From NCBI RefSeq assembly GCF_002159175.1, contig NZ_NFGZ01000016.1:1-62582 (forward strand): a DNA stretch of 62,582 nt, in the 5' to 3' direction. A program made the translations under genes and the position numbers. Source of the stretch: Flavonifractor sp. An92. GTDB taxonomy: Bacteria; Bacillota; Clostridia; Oscillospirales; Oscillospiraceae. The notes beneath the pieces are model-generated. The model was not told where the DNA came from. It searched no databases and worked only from the letters and a program-made list of their open reading frames with translations. Shown piece by piece: positions 57,810 to 62,582 of the stretch; the first letter of the stretch is position 1; each line of letters starts with the position of its first letter.

Positions 57810-58829
57810 ATGGTCGTCATTATGAAACCCCACTTCACCCCCGAACAGCTCCAGGAGGCCATCCAGGCCATGAAGGCCGGGGGCGTTCAGGTCAACATCT
57901 CCCGCGGCACCGAGACCACCGTCCTGGGCGCCGAGGGCAACGCCGCCCAGATCGACCAGGAGCTGCTGGAGCAGCTGCCCGGCGTGGAGAAGGTCATGCG
58001 GGTCACCGAGCCCTACAAGAAGGCCAACCGCAAGTACCACCCCGATGACACGGTGCTCCCCCTGTGCAACGGCCGCACCATCGGCGGCAAGCGCCTGGCG
58101 GTCATCGCCGGGCCCTGCTCGGTGGAGAGTGAAAGTCAGATCACTCAGGTGGCCCAGGCGGTCCAGGAGAGCGGCGCCGCCGCCCTGCGGGGCGGGGCCT
58201 TCAAGCCCCGCACCTCCCCCTACGCCTTCCAGGGCCTGGAGTGCGAGGGCCTCAACCTCCTCCAGAAGGCCAAGGAGGCCACGGGCCTGCCCATCGTCAC
58301 CGAGATCATGGGCACCGAGTACATTGAGCTCTTCGAAGAGTGCGTGGACGTGATCCAGGTGGGGGCCCGGAACATGCAGAACTTCGACCTCCTCAAAAAG
58401 CTGGGCAAGCGCACCACCAAGCCCATCCTCCTCAAGCGGGGGCTCTCCTCCACCATCGAGGAGTGGCTCATGTCCGCCGAGTACATCATGGCCGGCGGCA
58501 ACCCCAACGTCATCCTCTGCGAGCGGGGCATCCGCACCTTCGAGACCTACACCCGCAACACCCTGGACCTGTCGGCAGTGCTGGCGGTGAAGCAGCTCTC
58601 CCACCTGCCGGTGGTGGTGGACCCCTCCCACGCCTGCGGCAAGGCCTGGATGGTGGAGCGCATGTCCATGGCGGCGGTGGCCGCCGGGGCCGACGGCCTC
58701 ATCATCGAGGTCCACAACGACCCGAAAAACGCCCTGTGCGACGGCGCCCAGTCCCTGACGCCGGAGCAGTTCCAGTCCCTCATGTCCGCTCTGGACCCGG
58801 TGGCCCGCTGTGTGGGCCGGGAGGTGTGA
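57810..58829 (+). CDS. aroF: 3-deoxy-7-phosphoheptulonate (DAHP) synthase, type I-beta with N-terminal ferredoxin-like regulatory domain
   Basis: N-terminal about 80-aa ACT/FL-like domain, then the KDO8PS/DAHPS TIM-barrel core (..LAVIAGPCSVES..; ..KPRTSPY.F.G..; ..VVVDPSHA.G..). Confidence 0.9.
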   Translation: MVVIMKPHFTPEQLQEAIQAMKAGGVQVNISRGTETTVLGAEGNAAQIDQELLEQLPGVEKVMRVTEPYKKANRKYHPDDTVLPLCNGRTIGGKRLAVIAGPCSVESESQITQVAQAVQESGAAALRGGAFKPRTSPYAFQGLECEGLNLLQKAKEATGLPIVTEIMGTEYIELFEECVDVIQVGARNMQNFDLLKKLGKRTTKPILLKRGLSSTIEEWLMSAEYIMAGGNPNVILCERGIRTFETYTRNTLDLSAVLAVKQLSHLPVVVDPSHACGKAWMVERMSMAAVAAGADGLIIEVHNDPKNALCDGAQSLTPEQFQSLMSALDPVARCVGREV

Positions 58830-58889
58830 GCGGGTCCAACTGCGTATGGAGCACACAAACTGACAAACAATGCATCGGAGGGGTGACAT

Positions 58890-59894
58890 ATGAAACCGAA
58901 GCAAATCAAAGGGAATGCCCGAATCGGCGTATTTTCCGCCTCGTCTCCTGTTTCCGCAACCGTTCCGATCCGCTATGAACGGGGCGTTCAATATCTGGAA
59001 TCCAAGGGGTTTCAGGTCATAAACGGGTCGCTCTACGGAAAACAAGAGGCGTATCGTTCCGGAACGATACGGGAACGGGCAGACGAATTCAATCAGCTTT
59101 TGTATCGTGAGGATGTTCCAATCTTAATGGCGGCCATCGGCGGCAATAATACAAACTCGATCCTGCCATATATCGACTATGACTATTTGAAACAGCACCC
59201 GAAAATCATCATCGGGTACTCGGATACAACGGCACTCCTGCTTGCTGTTTATGCAAAAACAGGACTGGTCACATTTTATGGACCGGCCGTCGCATCTTCG
59301 TTTGGGGAACTGCCTCCCTTTGTGGACTGGACGTTTGAGTCCTTCCATCGGATGATGAGAGGCACTCTTTCGCTGCCATATTCTTATGAAATGCCAGCAG
59401 TTTGGACCGACGAGTTTCTCAATTGGAGCGAACAGGATCGATCAAAAAAGCCAAATGAAAACGACTGGATCTGCGTCTCACCCGGTCTTTGCCGTGGACG
59501 GCTCATCGGCGGCAACCTGAACACAATGGAAGGTTTTTTTGGAACGGAGTATATGCCGCAAATCCAGTCCGGGGATATTCTGCTGCTTGAAGATTCCCTG
59601 AAAGATGCCTGTACGGTGGAGCGCTCCTTTTCCCTGTTAAAACTTGCCGGTGTTTTTGAGCGGGCCGGCGGCATTATCTTGGGAAAACACGAGAAGTTTG
59701 ATGACAACGGAACTGGAAAAGCGCCTTATGAAATTCTCCTGGAAGTGTTAGGAGATACCAAGCTTCCTATTTTGGCCGATTTTGATTGCTGCCACACCCA
59801 TCCTATGCTGACCGTTCCCATCGGCGTAAATGTGACGCTTGATGCCGGAAACAAAAAAGTCGTGTTGATGGAATCACCATTTGCAAATGACTAA
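58890..59894 (+). CDS. LD-carboxypeptidase, S66 family (LdcA/MccF-like)
   Basis: S66 pattern (..ARIGVFSASSP..; ..IMAAIGGNNTNS..; Ser-nucleophile region GYSDTTALL). The gene is about 48% GC in a 60-65% GC neighbourhood and has its own GGAGGGG RBS. Confidence 0.85.
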   Translation: MKPKQIKGNARIGVFSASSPVSATVPIRYERGVQYLESKGFQVINGSLYGKQEAYRSGTIRERADEFNQLLYREDVPILMAAIGGNNTNSILPYIDYDYLKQHPKIIIGYSDTTALLLAVYAKTGLVTFYGPAVASSFGELPPFVDWTFESFHRMMRGTLSLPYSYEMPAVWTDEFLNWSEQDRSKKPNENDWICVSPGLCRGRLIGGNLNTMEGFFGTEYMPQIQSGDILLLEDSLKDACTVERSFSLLKLAGVFERAGGIILGKHEKFDDNGTGKAPYEILLEVLGDTKLPILADFDCCHTHPMLTVPIGVNVTLDAGNKKVVLMESPFAND

Positions 59895-59924
59895 TACCTT
59901 TCCGCTTCTCAGGAGGTTATTGCT

Positions 59925-60785
59925 ATGAAAAAACATCTGGTTATCGTGGGTCTGGGCCTCATTGGCGGCTCCATGGCCCTGGCCTTGAAGGGCTTTGAGG
60001 ACTTTGAAATCGTGGGCGTGGACGTGTCCCAGCCCACCCTGCGCTTCGCCTCCGAGCACGGCGTGGCCGACTTCGTCACCGAGGACGCCGCCTCCGTCCT
60101 CCCCGGGGCCGATGTGGTGATGCTGGCCCTCCACCCCCGGGGCATCGTGGACTTTCTGGCCCGGTACCGGGGCCAGTTCCAGCCCGGGTGTCTGGTCACC
60201 GACGTGTGCGGCGTCAAGACTTCCATCCTGGAGGCGGCGGAGGTACTCCCCGACACGGTGGACTTCATCGGCTGCCACCCCATGGCGGGCACCGAGTTCT
60301 CCGGCATCGAGCACGCCTTTGCCGAGATGTTTCAGGGGAGCCACCTGATCCTGGTCCCCCAGGAGACCAGCACGGCGGAGCACATCGCCCTGATGGAGCG
60401 CCTGGCCGCCCACATCGGCTGCCGGGACGTGTACCGCACCACGGCGGAGGAGCACGACGCCATGATCGCCTACACCAGCCAGCTCATGCATGTGATCGCC
60501 GTCAGCGTCTGCGACGACCCCATGCTCTTCACCTGCCGGGGATTCGAGGGCTCCTCCTTCCGGGGCTGCACCCGGGTGGCCGCTCTGGACGTGGGGCTGT
60601 GGACCGAGCTCTTCTCCATGAACCGTCCCGCCCTGGTGGAGTCGGTGGACCGGCTTTTGGAGTCCCTCACCGCCTACCGGGAGGTGCTGGCCGGCGGCGA
60701 CGCCGCCCAGCTCAGCCAGAAGCTCTCCCGCTCGGCCGCCCGGAAGCGGCAGATGGACCTGCCCGGCCCCGATCTGCTGGCATAA
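59925..60785 (+). CDS. tyrA: Prephenate dehydrogenase
   Basis: NAD-binding motif VIVGLGLIGGS and the TyrA core (..IGCHPMAGTE..). Confidence 0.9.
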   Translation: MKKHLVIVGLGLIGGSMALALKGFEDFEIVGVDVSQPTLRFASEHGVADFVTEDAASVLPGADVVMLALHPRGIVDFLARYRGQFQPGCLVTDVCGVKTSILEAAEVLPDTVDFIGCHPMAGTEFSGIEHAFAEMFQGSHLILVPQETSTAEHIALMERLAAHIGCRDVYRTTAEEHDAMIAYTSQLMHVIAVSVCDDPMLFTCRGFEGSSFRGCTRVAALDVGLWTELFSMNRPALVESVDRLLESLTAYREVLAGGDAAQLSQKLSRSAARKRQMDLPGPDLLA

Positions 60786-60827
60786 GAAAACGCCGCCGGA
60801 GTTTTCATCACTCCGGCGGCGTATCGC

Positions 60828-61859
60828 TTACTTCTGGACAATGTTCATGTGATCCAGGGTCATCTCGGTGGTATAGGGGTTGAGCATGGTGTTGACAATG
60901 TCCAGCACCTCTTCCGGATAGAGCTCATAGCAGTAGGTCCAGCCCTTGTAGGTCACGTTTCCGTCTCCGGGGAGGGTGGCAGTGGACAGGTCGTTGGTCA
61001 GGTCAAACTTCAGCGCCGCCTCGGCAAACCACAGCATCTCGCCCAGCTGGAGATCGGTCTCCACGCTCTCGGCGATCAGGTTGATATAGCCCGGGATGTT
61101 GTCGGGCTGAGAGAGGGCCTTCTGGGCAATGAGGGTGAGGATCTTCTGCTGGGTCTGGGTGCGCTCCACGTCGGAGTAGGCCACCTGGGTCTTGCCCGCG
61201 TTGTTGTGGCGGAAGCGGCAGACCTCCATGGCCTCCTGGCCGTCCAGGTGGGTCATACCCTGCTGGAAGTGGATGTGCAGGTCCTGGGTAGGGTCGTCGT
61301 AGTCCATATAGACCGGGATCTCAAAGTCCACGCCCCCCACCATGTCCACCAGCTTGGGGAAGGTCTCCACCTCGATGGCCACATAGTAGTCGATGGGGAT
61401 GCCCAGCAGGTCGGAGACCTGGCTCTTGAGCCCGTCGATGCCGTTGTGGTAGGCGGAATTGATCTTATAGAAGTGGCCGCCATTCTCATACTCGCCCGCC
61501 ACCAGGGTGTCGCGGGGGATGGAGACCAGGCCGGCCTCCTGATTCACCGTGTCGTACATGGCCACCATGATGGAGTCGGCGTTGCCGCTGGTGGCGTCGG
61601 GACAGACCAGGAGGATGGTGTAGGTCTTATCCTTCCGGGTCAGGCCGTTCACCGTCACCGGCTCGCCGCTGCTCTCCGGAGAGGCGCTGCCCATCGCCGG
61701 GGCTGTGGGCGCCGGGGCCATGGTGGGTTCTTTCTTCAACACAATAAAAAAGACGTACAGGACCACGATGATGGCCGAGAGCACCACCAGCAGACCATAC
61801 AGCACTTTTCCCACCCGGCGCAGCGGAGAGCTCCGCCGCCGTTGGACTCGTTTCCCCAT
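60828..61859 (-). CDS. LCP-family (LytR-CpsA-Psr) cell-envelope phosphotransferase
   Basis: N-terminal TM anchor, then the LCP domain (..ILLVCPDATSGNADSIMVAMYD..VSIPRDT..). Confidence 0.85.
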   Translation of the reverse strand: MGKRVQRRRSSPLRRVGKVLYGLLVVLSAIIVVLYVFFIVLKKEPTMAPAPTAPAMGSASPESSGEPVTVNGLTRKDKTYTILLVCPDATSGNADSIMVAMYDTVNQEAGLVSIPRDTLVAGEYENGGHFYKINSAYHNGIDGLKSQVSDLLGIPIDYYVAIEVETFPKLVDMVGGVDFEIPVYMDYDDPTQDLHIHFQQGMTHLDGQEAMEVCRFRHNNAGKTQVAYSDVERTQTQQKILTLIAQKALSQPDNIPGYINLIAESVETDLQLGEMLWFAEAALKFDLTNDLSTATLPGDGNVTYKGWTYCYELYPEEVLDIVNTMLNPYTTEMTLDHMNIVQK

Positions 61860-61964
61860 GGAGCCTGTGCCCCTTTCTGTCTGTCATTTTTTGCGGTTAT
61901 GTCAACAAATAGCAGAGAATAGTATAACGGAAAACCGGCCATGGGGCAAGCCAAAAAGAAAATT

Positions 61965-62225
61965 TTATCTGTCTGTAAGATTTTCCGGCCGGCACTGGAG
62001 GGCCAGCACCGCCGCCGTCAGGGAGTTCACCGCCCCCAGCAGGTCGGACAGGAGCTGATTCTGCTCCAGCAGCAGCTCCAGCGTGCGGGTCTGTCCCCCG
62101 CTCACCGGCTCCTGGACGCGGACGGGCCGGGGCGGCGCGATGGGATATGTATAGCGGTGCATGGGCTCCCGCACAGCGTCCGACCCGGCGCGGCTTTTTC
62201 CACCGCAGGGAAGGTAACTGTTCAT
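61965..62225 (-). CDS. Hypothetical small protein (86 aa) with a predicted coiled-coil C-terminus
   Basis: Very strong RBS (AAAGGAGGTG, 5 nt, ATG). Contains copy 1 of the 108-bp direct repeat. Confidence 0.45.
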   Translation of the reverse strand: MNSYLPCGGKSRAGSDAVREPMHRYTYPIAPPRPVRVQEPVSGGQTRTLELLLEQNQLLSDLLGAVNSLTAAVLALQCRPENLTDR

Positions 62226-62472
62226 GGGACACCTCCTTTCTCAAACGCTGCCCCATCCTATGCAGCGCCCCGCGGCCTTGACTTTTTCCACCGCGCTGTG
62301 TAAAGTAAGGTCAAGCCCGGCGGTCCCCGGGATCGGGGCCGTCTCAAATGATCGCATTTCGTATAATTCGAGGAAAGAGATACGATTCTCAATCAGAAAA
62401 GAAAGGACTGTTTGATGATGAAACGTCAGAAATGGCTCGCCCTGCTCCTGGCCGCCGCCCTGAGCGCCGGTC

Positions 62473-62580
62473 TCGCCCCCAGCAGGTCGGACAGGAGCTG
62501 ATTCTGCTCCAGCAGCAGCTCCAGCGTGCGGGTCTGTCCCCCGCTCACCGGCTCCTGGACGCGGACGGGCCGGGGCGGCG
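62473..62580. repeat. Second copy of a 108-bp perfect direct repeat (first copy 62031-62138), reaching the window edge
   Basis: Identical over 108 nt (cgcccccagcaggtcggacaggagctgattctgctcc...gggccggggcggcgc); the two copies diverge at the next base. Confidence 0.8.
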
Positions 62581-62582
62581 CG

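Noticed and set aside
62416-62502. Plus-strand ORF starting with a perfect signal peptide (MMKRQKWLALLLAAALSAGLA)
   Set aside because: The frame terminates after 29 codons where it enters the 108-bp repeat. It is likely a truncated or chimeric start or an assembly artefact at the window edge, so it is reported as a finding rather than a gene.

Overview
This 62.6 kb window reads as an ordinary high-GC (about 60-65%) Firmicutes/Clostridia-type chromosomal segment. The taxon is an inference from SLH-domain envelope enzymes, a SleB-like spore-cortex hydrolase, T-box/CIRCE regulation and AGGAGG-type ribosome-binding sites. Gene content, start to end: (1) a cluster of secreted or S-layer-anchored cell-wall enzymes (PepSY-repeat protein, S41 peptidase-SLH, NlpC/P60-SH3b, GH18-SLH, M15 peptidase-SLH) interleaved with serC-serA. 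(2) A polytopic membrane protein, a DUF1540 Cys-rich mini-protein, a gamma-carbonic anhydrase, and an orphan aspartate carbamoyltransferase with a fused PyrI zinc domain. (3) An Spx/ArsC-like gene, then cysE-cysS behind a probable T-box leader. (4) An AT-rich (about 33% GC) 2.5 kb islet holding two small membrane proteins and an IS3-family element, abutting a Val-Asp-Phe-Gly-Cys tRNA operon. (5) hslO, a SAM-dependent methyltransferase, yerC, phoH, pepV with a YheO-like regulator, a SleB-like hydrolase, tmcAL and ackA. (6) Two half-size chrA genes and a tyrosine integrase lying directly downstream of rpsF-ssb-rpsR. (7) A PadR-DUF2812 pair, deoD, an M20 amidohydrolase and MATE transporters. (8) A DUF1836-NfeD-flotillin operon next to clpB and hsp20, with a perfect CIRCE operator. 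(9) A lysA-like decarboxylase and a MarR regulator with a two-gene ABC exporter. (10) A DAHP synthase-tyrA tyrosine operon preceded by a Tyr-rich leader-peptide attenuator and interrupted by a low-GC LD-carboxypeptidase gene. (11) An LCP-family protein and a 108-bp perfect direct repeat at the window edge. No CRISPR array, rRNA or obvious defence system was seen. The most novel-looking signals are the tyrosine leader-peptide attenuator, the foreign S66 peptidase gene inside the aro operon, the AT-rich islet at the tRNA array, and a promoter-miniORF-terminator unit at 42996-43344.
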